A DNA stretch of 64,000 bases from Balanoglossus misakiensis. Its lineage: Eukaryota > Animalia > Hemichordata. Position 1 is the stretch's first letter, and each line of letters begins with the position of its first letter. Below the pieces are notes generated by a model that saw only the letters and a program-made list of their open reading frames with translations, was not told where the DNA came from and ran no database searches. The stretch lies in assembly GCA_040954595.2 (NCBI GenBank), contig CM082596.2:8321124-8385123 (forward strand), given 5' to 3'. The position numbers and the translations under genes are program-made. This document shows positions 24,001 through 35,625 of this stretch, piece by piece.

Positions 24001-27000
24001 TGCATACATGTACCTGTGTGTCTGACAACAGAACTGTGGCAGTCAGTGGCAGGACACTTGAGACACAAGAAGTGTTTGCAAAATAACTGCATATATGATC
24101 AATTTTTATAGCGAACTATGTGCAGTAAATCGACGAGGAGTAAATTCTTAATATCTAGCAATCTGATTAAAATCAGATATAGGGAATGGCGACAATTTTT
24201 TTTTTTATGCTGTCACCTACACTAGTGTGAGGCGTCAGCATAAAAAAACCATGTCACCGTTCCCTATATCTGATTTTAATCAGATTGAATATCTAGTTGA
24301 GGTGGTTGCCCTAGTTTTGTTGACAAACTTGGTAGTGGTAAAACACTTTGTTTTCACTGCAAGTTTCTTTTTAATTTACCATTTCCCTGAAATCACTTTT
24401 CTGCTGAAATAAAATGAAAGTAAACATTCTTGTTGCCCATTCATTAGGAATGCATTTAATGAAAAATAAAATCACATGAAAATAAAATTATTAGGTCGGA
24501 AGATTACATAATTTCAGAATGTTACCACACGTCAAACCTAATAGTTTCATCGCTGTTCTGGTTTTAATTTTATGAAAATAAAAAAAAATATATGTGTTTA
24601 TGTACGCTTCAATAAGTATATCTACATGTCATTGAGCAATCTTTCATTTGAATGTAAAATGATGAAAATAATGCCAGAAGTACACTAAAATTATACTGAA
24701 TGCAGAACATGTCTGCTGCCTTGTAAGATTGCCATGACACTTGATTGGGCATATTCCTAGTTATTTTTTTTCTTACATTTCCATATTTATTTATGGTTAG
24801 GTCATATCTGCTTGCGAATGTCACCTATGTTATCCCCAATTTGGACTACTGTTTTTGACGCTATGTTTTATGTTCCCGTTTTAGGCGTATCCGTGATAAA
24901 TTACTTCAGGATGAACGACTAGCTCTTGCCATGGAAGTATCAACAAAGTGTGGATTGGATAGCACTGCTGTCTGGCTGGCATGGGGGACAGCTCATCTCA
25001 AAGCAGCTGAATATCAACAAGCAAGAGAAAAGTTCAGCAGAGTATTAAAAGTAAGCTGATCTCCATTTGTGTTTATATGACGGAATACTTGCAGTCTCCC
25101 TTACAAAAAATGATCTGTAGAGTTCTATAGCATTTTATAGAATTCAATAGAAAAAAGATCCAAAACTACATATTGTAAAACACGTTATTTTCGCGAGCAA
25201 TAAATTTTTCGCGAAATACGCGAGAGCAAAAATAGCGTGAAAATAAAAAGTCGCGTAAATTGTTTTTGAAGATAACGATGCAGTGAATAAAATAAGAGAA
25301 GGCGAAAATTAATACTCGCGAAAAAGTGGCCTCTCTCGATAGCACGAAAAATTTAACCCACGAAAATAAAGTGTTTTACAGTTAGAGTTCTATAACGTCT
25401 ATAGAAATTCAATAGGGGTAGGCTTCTATAGATGTCTATAGAATGTTTTTGTAAGGGCTGTTTGATATTAAGCTTTAAAATTGCATACGGTGTTGATGCA
25501 TAAAAATGTAACTTTAATGCAACACATGATTTTTCTGTACTAGTATTAGATTTTTTTGTCAGTAACTTCGCAAACATTCCTAATCACCTTTATTTTGTGA
25601 ATTGCAGGTAAATGACCTCGGGGTCAAATTTTAGATTTTGAAATGAGTATTTACTGAATGATTTTTGAAAGTGGGGTCCATGAAGTTTTCTCGATATCAA
25701 CAGAGGTGACCATTTCGTGACAATTAATTTTCACATTCTCTTTCGCTCCGAAGAACATTCTATTGTACACTTTGTTCTTTCAAGACTATTTTTTTTCACA
25801 TTTGTTCGGCTATTTTCAAGAAAATTTATTGTTCGCGAAAATTTCCTGTTTTACAGTATTTTGAAAAGTCAAAATTATTGAACATGGTGTGTAAAGAGTG
25901 TAAATGAAATACTGCTTGTGTGACAACATAAGATTCATGACCACTTTTCCTGTTTCATTGACAGACTCCAGCTGACAGAAACCAACTGCAGAAACCTTCA
26001 CCCTTACTCAGTGACATCATCAACTTTTTGGAAGAGGCACCGAGATCGGATGTGCCTTTGGTATGTCACTTCAGGATTTCTCCTTTATTTGTTATCGTCT
26101 CTGTTGTCAGTGGTTGATTATCCGTTGTCTGTCATCAGCAGTGAATTTTTCCAAAGCAAGTGGTCATGCCGCTTAGATCCCTAGAGATAAATCAACATTT
26201 TATTCAGATTGTGATGTAATTGTCAGTGTATACACAATGTCAATAGGCTACTTTCATGACCCCTCGGTGACCTCACATCCTGGTGTTTTGTTTAGTATGA
26301 CATCATACATTATCAGTGATGTTCGCTGATCACTGCGTCTCACATGACTATACAGGCAGGACATGTCACATAGATTGATTTTCTAATTTGGTTTTTCCTT
26401 AGAAAATGTATACTTTTGTTGGGGTGGGGGGGGGGGGGGGCTGGAACTTTGGTAGTGACACAAAGCTCAGATTGATTTTAGTTCCCATAATGTCTCTGGG
26501 GATCACTTCATCTAGATTTATTTAAATTCAACATAACAACTTGACCGTCAATTTTGATGTGATGTGTATAAATCCATGACAACAATTATTGCTCTTGTAT
26601 GTTATTTGAGATATCATAGTGAAGCTGTAGAGGCTGTCATGTCACTTGTCCGTTTGGGATTCTTTTCGCAGGCGGAATCTTTTCTGACACCTCTGAGATC
26701 TATGAGAGAGCTCATCAGTGATCCTGCTAAGGTAAAGCAATGTTCATCTCTCCCGACCTTAAATAGGTTTTTGGCTAGTTAGGTGGGTGATAAAAATCTC
26801 ACATGATCGACACAATTTCAAGATGGCCGATTTTTGCCATGTTTAAGGAATAGGAGTTCATAAGCTAAAGTAATGATTGGTCATTCTGAAACTTTTTAAC
26901 AGAAAAAATAACAAAATGTGAAAAAAGTTTAATGAGTTTAATATGGTAACTACAAAGACAGACATGTTTGACCTAAGGAAGTCATGAAATACAGTAAACA

Positions 27001-30000
27001 TATCATTTCTTCTATCTCTTACTACATTGGGTTGTCGACTTTTCGACCAGAATGCAATGTGATTTGATCCCCTAGCGCAAAGTAAAAACCAATTTAAGGC
27101 AATGCATTGCAGATTATTACATTATTGTGTTTATCTTTCAAATGCAATTGCATGGCATGTGTATAGCCAAATTATATATTCTGTGTAACCTGGATTTAGT
27201 TTATTTTAGAGTAGAGGTTTCACAACTCTTTGAACCAGTGTCAGGGGCTATGTTAAAGTCCCTATAGAGCTGCCACATGTTTGCATAATTTTCAAGAATT
27301 TACTTTCCGACTTCGATTGGTCCATGTAAATAAGCTAACTGATAGGTATACATGAACATCTTGGCAACGCCCAATTGTGGCTGCATGTTGCAATTTGAAC
27401 AAGTGATATACTGTAAAACATGTTATTTTCGCAAGCAATAAATTTTTGCGAAATACGCGAGAGCCAAAATAGCGTGAAAATAAAAAGTCGCTTTTATTTT
27501 TTTAAAGATAATGATGCAGTGAATGAAATAAGAGAACGTGAAAATTAATACTCGCGAAACAATGGCCCCTCTAGATATCGCGAAAATTTCAACTCGCGAA
27601 AATAAAATGTTTTACAGTATAAAATGGGTGCTGCACCCGTTTAATCAGCCTCCATGACAAATTGATGCAAATATAAGTTAAATTGCTTAATTAATGGACA
27701 GGTGAGGATTTTGAAAGATATGGAGAAGATTTGAAGTTTTCATTGTGGAAAAAAAATATGTGAAATTTGGCAGCTCATAGGGCTTGATGATGTTCAGACA
27801 GTTTTACATTTGATCCCTCAAACCAGACTTTCTTGCAAATAACTTAGAAACACGGAAAAAGGAACGAATTTCCTTGTACTGATTTAAATATTAATACAGC
27901 TGTAACTCGACTACATGTATTGGTATACACATATACATGTATTATCATTTTTTGAGCAAATGTATTATTATGCAAATTATCATTGCAGGGTCTGATCATC
28001 CATTGTCAGTTAGATGCAGCCCAGTTTGAAGAATGTTTGTACTACATGAAGTCATATGGCACTCACCTTGCAATTGTGGAATTCTACAAGAAACACAATT
28101 TCCTTCCCAAAGCTGTGCAGTACATTGTTGAACAGGTAAGAGATGTCATGCTACAGTCAAACCTCTGTTAGTGGTCACCTCTATATATTAGTCACCTCTA
28201 TATAGTGGCAACTTTGTTACAGTCCCTGTGCAATTGTGCATTAATTAACCTCTATATAAAGGCCACCAGTCTATAAAGGCCAGTTTAGGAAAGTCCCTTG
28301 ACTGGCCACTATAGACAGGTTCGACTGTACTCAACACGGATGGTGTGATTGGATGGTCTATGCAGATATTACAAGGTCTTAGCAACTGTGAGATCTGTAT
28401 CTTGTTAGATTACAACATACATGTATACAAGAAATATGGAAGTCTACATCAGGGAACAAGCTAAAATTTACTTGGCCATCTACAGCTGCACAGAAATCTA
28501 GATATCATGTGAATTCTCAGTGAAAAATAGGCAATATGATGAACTGAAATGATAAAACAATGTTGCAGTAAAATTTGTTTGCAGAACTGAAATGTAACAT
28601 CAGCTGTCAGCTTTAACCCTTTCACCCCCAGTTCCCTCTTTAGAGGTCCAACCTTACAATACAAAACAGTGGTTCTGGACTGAACCATAGTGGTGAAACG
28701 GTTAAAGTGCTTTAGAAGTGAAAGGAAATAGTTATAAAACTTACTGAAATAAAGGCAATTACTCTGGTGAATCTAAAAGGGGTGACATCTTTGGAACCAA
28801 ATCTCAGCAGTGCCAACATTTACATCATATTACATACATGCTGTAATGTGAATGAAGTTTCATTTTTTATGATCAAAAATGGTGCATGCTTAATTCCAAT
28901 GATTGTGGGTACATGTATTTACATGTAATTCTACTCTAATATAATTTTTGTTGAATTCTTTCTTCGAAATGTTTCAGCAATGCTCAACAGAGGTCTTCAT
29001 AGAAGGTCTGTTGTTACCAAGTATCAAAGGAGGTGACTTGGCTGCTCTACAGGAACAGATGTTAGTTTATGATCCAAGTCTGGAAAAATGGAACACCTAC
29101 TTGAATGCGTCGTGCAGATATCTCAACAAAAAATCCTACACTCATGTCCTCTACCAATTCCAGTTATTCATGAAGGTATGTTATGTAGGCATTTAGGTAA
29201 TTCTCGCTACATTAAACGGGTTTTTGCTACCTAGGTGAGTGATGAAAATCTTGTATGGTCGCCACAATTTCAAGATGGCCGAATTTTGCCATGTTTAAGA
29301 AATGGGAGTTCATAAGCTAAAGTGATGATGGGTCTTTCTGAATCTTTATAACAGAAAAAATAAAAAAATGTTAAAATATGCTAACTACAAAAAGGAAGTC
29401 ATGAAAAACAGTTAACATATCATTTCTTCATACTGTTTCTACAATCCAGAATGCAATTATTATCTATGATTTGACCCCCCTAGCATAAAGCAAAAAAGTA
29501 TTTAAGGTAGCCAGAATTGGGTGGGTAGGTACGTATGGATCCATCCATCCATAGAAGTAGGAGTGAAAAGGAGAGTGCATAAAAGTGGAATAACTACATT
29601 TTGTGTTTGCCTCGATGAGACTTGATATCAAGGGTGATTATATGTTCATCTCACATTCCCTTCATATGCTTATTTGTCAGACTGGTTCACGGACTGACTG
29701 CTGCTCACTCTATTGCAAATGGAGTGTATTTTTCCTTCCGATGAGTCCAATTGTTACAGAAGTGAAACAAGCTCCCTCAAATTCTGTTGCAACAACAGTT
29801 ATCCATGTATTGGCCAATTCAGGGGGTCAAATCACATTGCATTCTGGTCGAAAAGTCGACACAACCCACTGTAGTAAGAGATAGAAGAAATGATATGTTT
29901 ACTGTATTTCATGACTTCCTTTGGTCAAACATGTCGGTCTTTGTAGTTAGCATATTAAACTCATTAAACTTTTTTCACATTTTGTTATTTTTTTTGTTAA

Positions 30001-33000
30001 AAAGTTTCAGAATGACCCATCATCACTTTAGCTTATGAACTCCTATTCCTTAAACATGGCAAAAATCGGCCATCTTGAAATTGTGTCGGCCATGTGAGAT
30101 TTTTATCACTCACCTAGGTAGCCAAAAACCTATTTAAGGTCGGGAGAATTGGATCAGGGCACTTGTACATGTATATCATTCATGTTTGACACAGCATTAT
30201 TTGATTCTATTTTAGGATTACATCCGGGCAGCCATGACTTGTATCAAGTTTGTCCAAAGTGGTGCTACAACCTACGCAGAGTTATTTGACCGTTTGAACC
30301 ATCTGAACAATGCAAGGACACACATGAAGGAAGTGTTGGACGAGAAGAAATGGGGGATGGTGCCACGACCGGCCATGATTAGTGGACGGAAATCGCCCGG
30401 TGACTGGAGTGGTAGTCTGATGAAAAGTGAACAGACAGGAATGAGATTGGTGTTGTCACCCTCGGAACTCAGCAAGTGAGTAAACCTTCCCTTGTGCCAA
30501 GCCAGTCTGCATGCAATCTGATTAAAATCAGGCTGGTTTTTATCAGACTGGCTATAACATATATAATATACATTCCTGGATGTTGCGTGTTTTATTCTGA
30601 TAATTCCTGTTCAAAAAGACCATGTGATGAAACCATACACACTTGTTTACATCAGATAACTACTGTCTTTTATTGGCGTAAATTTTCTAATACATTTCTA
30701 TGAAATGCATAATACAGTTTGATTATTCCATGAACTTGAAAGACAAAGCTATTTCATAAACCAGGCAAGGTAGAATTCGCAGTAAAAGAAAATCTCACCA
30801 AAGTGAGGGATGGTATACAGACAGGCGCCGTCAGTCACGAAAGAAGTAACTGGTTTGATCGGAACCCAGGAAAAGGGACCAGAGAATGCGTCGTAGCATT
30901 CCGATTCCTGAAAAGTGATAAGATATCAATAATTAGGGAAAGGGTTAGATCAGGTTTAATCGCAACAACAGATGACTTGATTGTGACTGATCTACACTGT
31001 AGGCAATCCACACCAGGTATAAAATAGTAATCCTCAATTATAAGCCCACTTTAGAACTGATAGACAAATTTAGTTTAGGGGATATATCGTCCGGTAGCCT
31101 GTAAACTGTCTAAGCTAGCTACAGCATTGTACATGTACAGATGATGCGATGTTTCACCTATTAAGGCAACATGCATTTTTTTATTTCATAATGTTTTACT
31201 TTATATGTTTATATATATTATATTAATATCAAAGACAAAGTGTATAATAATAATAATGGTTCACAGTCTACAAACCTTGCAATGATAGACGGCAATTCCG
31301 TTGGCATAGAGTGTTATATTGCAGTTCGAACAACTGGAAATCAACTTGTTCCCGTCACCAGGACCCTGTATTTAATAGAAGGGAAAGTAAGTTAGACACG
31401 TACATGATATGTATCAAATTTTTTAAACTTTCTATATAATCGTGTATTATAAAAAGAAAAGATTACTTGATAATTTGGACAGATTAGTTGCCTTTAATAG
31501 AAATATTATGTTGGGGTGTTGAGATATGAACCGTGGCGGGTTGTTATGATCAATCTCACTTCTATATAAGTCATACAGAAACAGCAACAAGCTAAAACCT
31601 AAATCTTCATATGTGGATTAAGTCCAGATAATCCGCTAATCACCTAGTACTTTAAGACAGTCAACAGGGGATTTACACCTCTGGCATAGCTTTTGTCAGT
31701 TAGTCCTGGGGCCAAAAAAAAGAAAATTTGATTCGTAATTAAAATGGAGGTATGACTATGGAAGATTCACTCACCAGATCGACATCATCAGAAAGACGTC
31801 TCTCAAATATTCCAACAGCTGAAAGACTACTATCGCTGTTGAACTTCGCAGCGTATACAATAGAATTTCGACTTTCTTCCTCTACAAGACCAGCCCTGAC
31901 GTCATTGACCTTGGCAAACAATTCTGAGGGAGACTCCTCTGTCAATTCACAGTCTGCATAGTAGATTCCGTCATTTGTGTTCACGTCGATCGTGCAATTT
32001 TCACTGTGAAAATCGGGACTTTTCTCGCCATTCCCCACAGCCCCACTCGCATGAAACGATATCAACACAACCATTGTTGTGGCGGCAAAGCGGTGAAATG
32101 GCTGAGATGGAAAAAAACTTATGTACTGACATTATTCTGTCTTAACCTTATTAAAACAGTTGTAGCAAGACAATGAATATCAGGCGACAAAGTGTTCTAG
32201 AAATGCCTGACTGAACACTGGCATTTTTTGTACACATCATAAGTGCAAATACTACTTAACTTACCATTGTGTGCATATTACATACAAATGCAAACATCAC
32301 CAGCAAGGTTCATCTCAAAGTATGTCGAAACTTCTTGATTCGTCAGTTATATGAGTGCAAATTGTATTCATAAGGACCGATCTATTTTTGTAGAAAATGT
32401 ATTTTTATATTTATTTTCCTGTATGTAAAATGTTAAACATAGTGGCATTAGAATATCGCAAGTATCAACCATTCTTTTTCTTGTGTCAGTGACTGTGGTT
32501 AGAACATGCAGTTCTGGTGCAGGTTACACTTCATCAAACTTGCAATGTTCATAAAGTATCTGGTTCCCATCCCCTATATTTACACCTCATTCTCCACCCC
32601 TTCAACAAACTTCAAATTTCCTATCCCCATTTTCAACGTTTTTTTTACTAGACTTAAGCTTTAGAAAAACCAACCCCAGGTCAGGTGATAGCAATAACTG
32701 TGTTTTTTTATTTTCCTTTTCTGCGGGTTTGAAATAAATTTCTCCATTCCCTGTAACTGTATGTGGCCATTCCCAACATTAGTATGTACATCATGATTGT
32801 TTTGCAATCCGATAAAGGAACTGTATACAAAATAGTATTCACAAATTGCTGGTACGTATACTGAAATAAGATATACAATGGCTAGGTATTTTTGTTATAC
32901 CTTTTGCCTTTGTAAAATGAATTTAAATGAAGATACAACACTCGAATATGCTGTAGCAGAGACAGTTTCTCACGTTAGAAAAACTGAAAGTGTTTCATTT

Positions 33001-35124
33001 CAATAGAACGATAACTATGCATCATGTTTGCAATAATGAATAATTGTCCAAAAGCCACTTCATGCACACATTTCTCAGGAATTGCAATTTTCCTAAGAAA
33101 GAAAATACAATAATAACTGTGACAAGATATGTCGTGGCCAGCACTAGCGTTTAGTCCAGTCAATATAGGGCTAGACCCACCACAAATTGCAACAGAATTT
33201 TTTTTCTTCACAATGCATTTTGGAGAGGTGTCAAGAATAACATATTAGAAATGCACCCGAATCTACCTTGTGGAAATATGTCTAATTTGCATAAACCCAA
33301 TATTGGAGACTTTTTGGCCATATATCAAGAAAAACAAACATGTTTCTTTCGTGATTTTGAAGTTTACAACTACTTCATGTGCATGAAGAACCATTTTGGA
33401 AGAATACTTGATAAGGACAGTTTTCATAATTTGCATAAATTCAATATGGCAGACAGTATTCCTAGAATATATCGGGTACTAAGCAAGCTATTTTTATGTG
33501 TTTTTAATTCAAATTTACCTCTATGACATTTGGAACATTTTTGAAAATATATTGTTTACATTTACCTAATAATTTGCATCAATCCAATATGGCCGCCAAA
33601 TGAATGTTCGACGGCTTATCATACTGCCTATACTATTTGGAATTCAAATTTTTCATTTTTTTTTCTCATCTCTCCTGTTTTCTAGGCATCTAAACACAAT
33701 CACTCTTCAGATTGAAGTGACCAAATATCTTCACCGCTGTTTGACCAGCAAGAGCGGATTCAATGATTTATTATCACCCAAGAAAGAATTGCCGACATTA
33801 TTTGGTAATAATAAGAGCAAGGCGGAAGTTGTCAGCATGGTATGTAACATCAATACTCATTATTTGGTAATAACAAGACCTTGGGGTTTGATAAAAACAG
33901 AGGTGGACCTTATCTTTGTGTTTTTTGAGAAAAAGAATTTGTTCTTTTTTGAGTTGATGTCTGTATCTTATTCACGACAGAAGCTTACAAGAAAAAAAAT
34001 CGTCTGTCTGTGTATTATTCTCATACATCAGGCTTGGTTTAATACATGTATGTGTTATGTGTGTCATTTCAGGTATTACTAAATAGTGGTTCAGTTTCTG
34101 AAGGATTTCAACTTGCCTTTAAAATTATCCAGGTAAGAATTACTTCATGACTATTTCTGCATTTCTATTCTCACTGATGGCCTTAAAGATCCTTTCTCAA
34201 TGGGCAAATATGTACATGTGTAGTGAATGTCAGATAGAGCTGTATTTGAACTAAACCTAGAACTCTTCCTTGATAACAGGATTTCCGACTACCAGCCACT
34301 CTTGTGTACTGCCATACCAGCAAACAGTTAGCACACAAACGCAAATATAAAGAAATCCGTCAGCTGTTGCAGTGTATCCGCGAGTCCGGATTGGCCGACG
34401 ACCAAACTAGTGATGATGTCGTTTCAGCTTGTATCAAGGTCATTGTGGGTGAATCCAGTGAAAGTAAAGAAGTGGATCATTTCATTAAGCTGCTGAAGAG
34501 TGATACAAGCAAAGTGAGTACTCATTTGCCCCCAGTACATACACAGCTACAGGGGGCTGCAAACATTTCAGTTAATAAAAGGTGGAGTTTCGATCTGCAT
34601 TTTCCCCAATAAACAGTACTTGCTGAACAGTCTCTGTGCTTGTTATTTTTATCTGTTACCTCCACCTGTCTTATCAGTTGCTAATCCAGAATACTAGCTA
34701 TCACATTTCCCATTAAGCACCTAGTAACGACTTAATCTGTGTGCCCAATCCACGGATTAAGTTGATAAAGTAAACATCGGTCAGCGAGTACTGGGTCTCA
34801 AGGCATATCCACAGTATCGTACTTTTAAAGTCATGCCTGCCAATTAAACAGTCACTATCAGTTTCCTTATACTTAAAAACTGATATCATTCTGTTTCAGA
34901 TCAACGCATACATCCTGAGTGGCAAGTTAAAGTCGGCGTATTTAATTGCTGTACAGGGAGAACGTGTAGACGACGTGATGAGGATTTCGTCAGCTGCACA
35001 GAAAGTGGGTCAAATGGCGGTGAAGAGCATCTGTGATCGGTGGCTGCAATCGCAAGAAGAGAAACGGCAGAGAGAACTCGAACAGCAACAACTTCTACTC
35101 AAAGCTACAAAACAGAAACCGTAG
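1..35124 (+). CDS. ZFYVE26: Zinc finger FYVE domain-containing protein 26 (spastizin/SPG15) orthologue, 5'-partial, 35 exons: 1-23, 556-630, 2123-2298, 2678-3710, 4302-4404, 5104-5333, 6097-6329, 6671-6837, 7006-7091, 7919-8019, 8457-8549, 8671-8881, 9515-10428, 10780-11001, 11512-11577, 12026-12205, 12578-12673, 13574-13739, 15121-15351, 16118-16377, 16888-17027, 17914-17972, 18509-18717, 19215-19375, 20104-20280, 24885-25050, 25965-26060, 26672-26731, 27989-28135, 28978-29175, 30216-30475, 33686-33839, 34073-34132, 34280-34513, 34900-35124
   Basis: All exons have AG/GT borders (one GC donor) and join in one continuous frame to TAG at 35122-35124. Translated segments match my recollection of spastizin: MLATPDTLLRMCLRKSNYTQAAQ, LIVEQLLMNMKVD, the FYVE finger WVPD...FNRRHHCRRCGRVVC, FYYEQAPSTSLCMSILDLH, EVSTKCGLDSTAVWLAWG...AREKFSR, DYIRAAMTCI, HLNTITLQIEVTKYLHRC, GKLKSAYLIAV. 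The first two small exons are less certain. Confidence 0.95.
96..308. mobile_element. MITE family A (~210 bp, TIR CTGTAAAACAC/TTTATTTTCGCG, TA target site, Tc1/mariner-pogo type)
   Basis: Terminal inverted repeats flanked by TA; about 12 related copies in the window. Confidence 0.8.
657..1172. mobile_element. TA-flanked MITE (TIR CAGTAAAACCTGTCTAA) interrupted by a family B palindromic MITE at 728-1086
   Basis: Outer TIRs TACAGTAAAACCTGTCTAA / TTAGACAGGTTTTACTGTA; inner element TTAAAGGGACAAAG...CTTTGTCCCTTTAA. Confidence 0.8.
5745..5953. mobile_element. MITE family A copy
   Basis: TACTGTTAAACAC...GTGTTTTACAGTA, same internal sequence as 96-308. Confidence 0.8.
6097..8881 (+). other. DUF547-like domain encoded by six consecutive ZFYVE26 exons
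   Basis: The spliced peptide reads LASVDLTQLQNRNEKICFYANVLNLLIIH ... ISYQIGQLGTVSALDLRYVFLR ... LDVKLLFAIHMGFISSPNIKVL ... ISVDIDKQQVTMPELLHWYCKDF. This follows the DUF547 motif order as I recall it: EKLAFWINxYNALxIH, YxIGG..SLxDIEHGILR, DPRIHFALxCGxxSCPxxRVY, VxLPKIFKWYxxDF. Confidence 0.8.
7106..7460. mobile_element. MITE family B (~350 bp, almost fully palindromic, TTAA target site, AGGG termini; Kolobok-like). Partial copies at ~6421-6605 and ~60202-60445
   Basis: TTAA-AGGGACAAAATCTCTCTCTCGCTGCCC ... GGGCAGCGAGAGAGAGACTTTGTTCCT-TTAA. Confidence 0.8.
9152..9365. mobile_element. MITE family A copy
   Basis: Same TIRs and internal sequence. Confidence 0.8.
13264..13476. mobile_element. MITE family A copy, opposite orientation
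   Basis: Same TIRs; internal sequence is the reverse complement. Confidence 0.8.
14710..15073. mobile_element. MITE family F (~350 bp, TIR approx. AATTCTCGCTACCTTAAATAGGTTTTT). Other copies at ~26748-27100, 29199-29518, and a reversed partial copy at ~29975-30150
   Basis: Four dispersed similar copies with inverted ends. Confidence 0.7.
16318..17010 (+). other. FYVE (PI3P-binding) zinc finger of ZFYVE26, split by intron 16378-16887
   Basis: WVPD motif, CMVC, RRHHCRRCG basic motif, CASCS, RICDDC. Confidence 0.95.
18030..18180. repeat. Compound microsatellite (TCTG)n-(TATG)n
   Basis: More than 20 consecutive TATG units from 18081. Confidence 0.95.
21547..23772 (-). CDS. Intronless TRIM-NHL E3 ubiquitin ligase (TRIM2/3/71-like: RING, two B-boxes, coiled coil, filamin repeat, NHL repeats), 741 aa, nested antisense in ZFYVE26 intron 20281-24884
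   Basis: Intact ORF. RING [25 protein letters not shown]..CPECR; B-box1 CEGC..CVEC..LCNSC..H..H; B-box2 CSVH..[14 protein letters not shown]..H; filamin DNRDGTH...IPGSP; NHL repeats such as [17 protein letters not shown] and [12 protein letters not shown]. Confidence 0.95.
   Translation of the reverse strand: [741 protein letters not shown]
24159..24287. mobile_element. 129-bp hairpin MITE with 9-bp target site duplication (Mutator/MULE-type)
   Basis: 28-bp TIR CAATCTGATTAAAATCAGATATAGGGAA; AATATCTAG duplicated at 24150-24158 and 24288-24296. Confidence 0.8.
25098..25457. mobile_element. Element with TIR CCCTTACAAAAA/TTTTTGTAAGGG and internal TCTATAGA repeats, with a MITE family A copy (25171-25383) nested inside
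   Basis: Outer TIR pair is visible and the inner copy matches family A; a related partial copy starts near 5550. Confidence 0.65.
27409..27619. mobile_element. MITE family A copy
   Basis: Same TIRs, TA flanks. Confidence 0.8.
28152..28330. mobile_element. TA-flanked pogo/Tigger-like MITE
   Basis: TACAGTCAAACCT ... AGGTTCGACTGTA ends. Confidence 0.65.
30799..32267 (-). CDS. Putative spliced gene or pseudogene for an unknown secreted Cys-containing protein, nested antisense in ZFYVE26 intron 30476-33685; exons 32267-32265 (ATG only), 32101-31775, 31365-31276, 30907-30799; 3' end unresolved
   Basis: On the minus strand: ATG|GTAAGT donor; TTTTTTTCCATCTCAG acceptor; CTG|GTGAGT donor; AATACAG acceptor and AAG|GTTTGT donor; CTTTTCAG acceptor and TTTG|GTGAGA donor. 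All are phase-compatible. The N-terminus MPFHRFAATTMVVLISFHASGA resembles a signal peptide. Confidence 0.55.
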
Positions 35125-35619
35125 GTCGAACACTATGCACGAAAATGAAACACTGTAATTACATGTACCAACAGTGGTATTAGTGCCAAACAATGCAAAA
35201 TTCTCTGAATTTGAAATTATTTATTATTCACTGTCCAGTCTAGGCAAAGCAGGTGAGGGTTTATGTTAACCAACAAAAAATGGCGATCTTCTGAGATAAA
35301 GAAATGAAGAAAAGGATTCTTGTGAGTGAAATGACATCGTATCAACCATGTACTTGGATGCATTTATCTCACTAAACAATCCCATTTACTCTAGGCAGCC
35401 ATTTTGTTGTGTATTTTTGATGTTTGTCAGCACTGCTTGGACATGCCACGCCAGGACTGATTCCTGTCAAACACTGTACAAGAACAATTTATTATAATCA
35501 CTGTTGTATAATAATTATAACAAATTTTTGCAACTGCATCCGAGTTTGTGAAACTTGAAGGGGTGCACTGTATTTCTAAAGTTAATTGTAGTATAAATGG
35601 ACACTTTGCACTTTGAGTC

Positions 35620-35625
35620 AATAAA
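35620..35625 (+). promoter_or_regulatory. Candidate polyadenylation signal of ZFYVE26
   Basis: AATAAA about 500 bp after the stop codon, followed by T-rich sequence. Confidence 0.4.
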
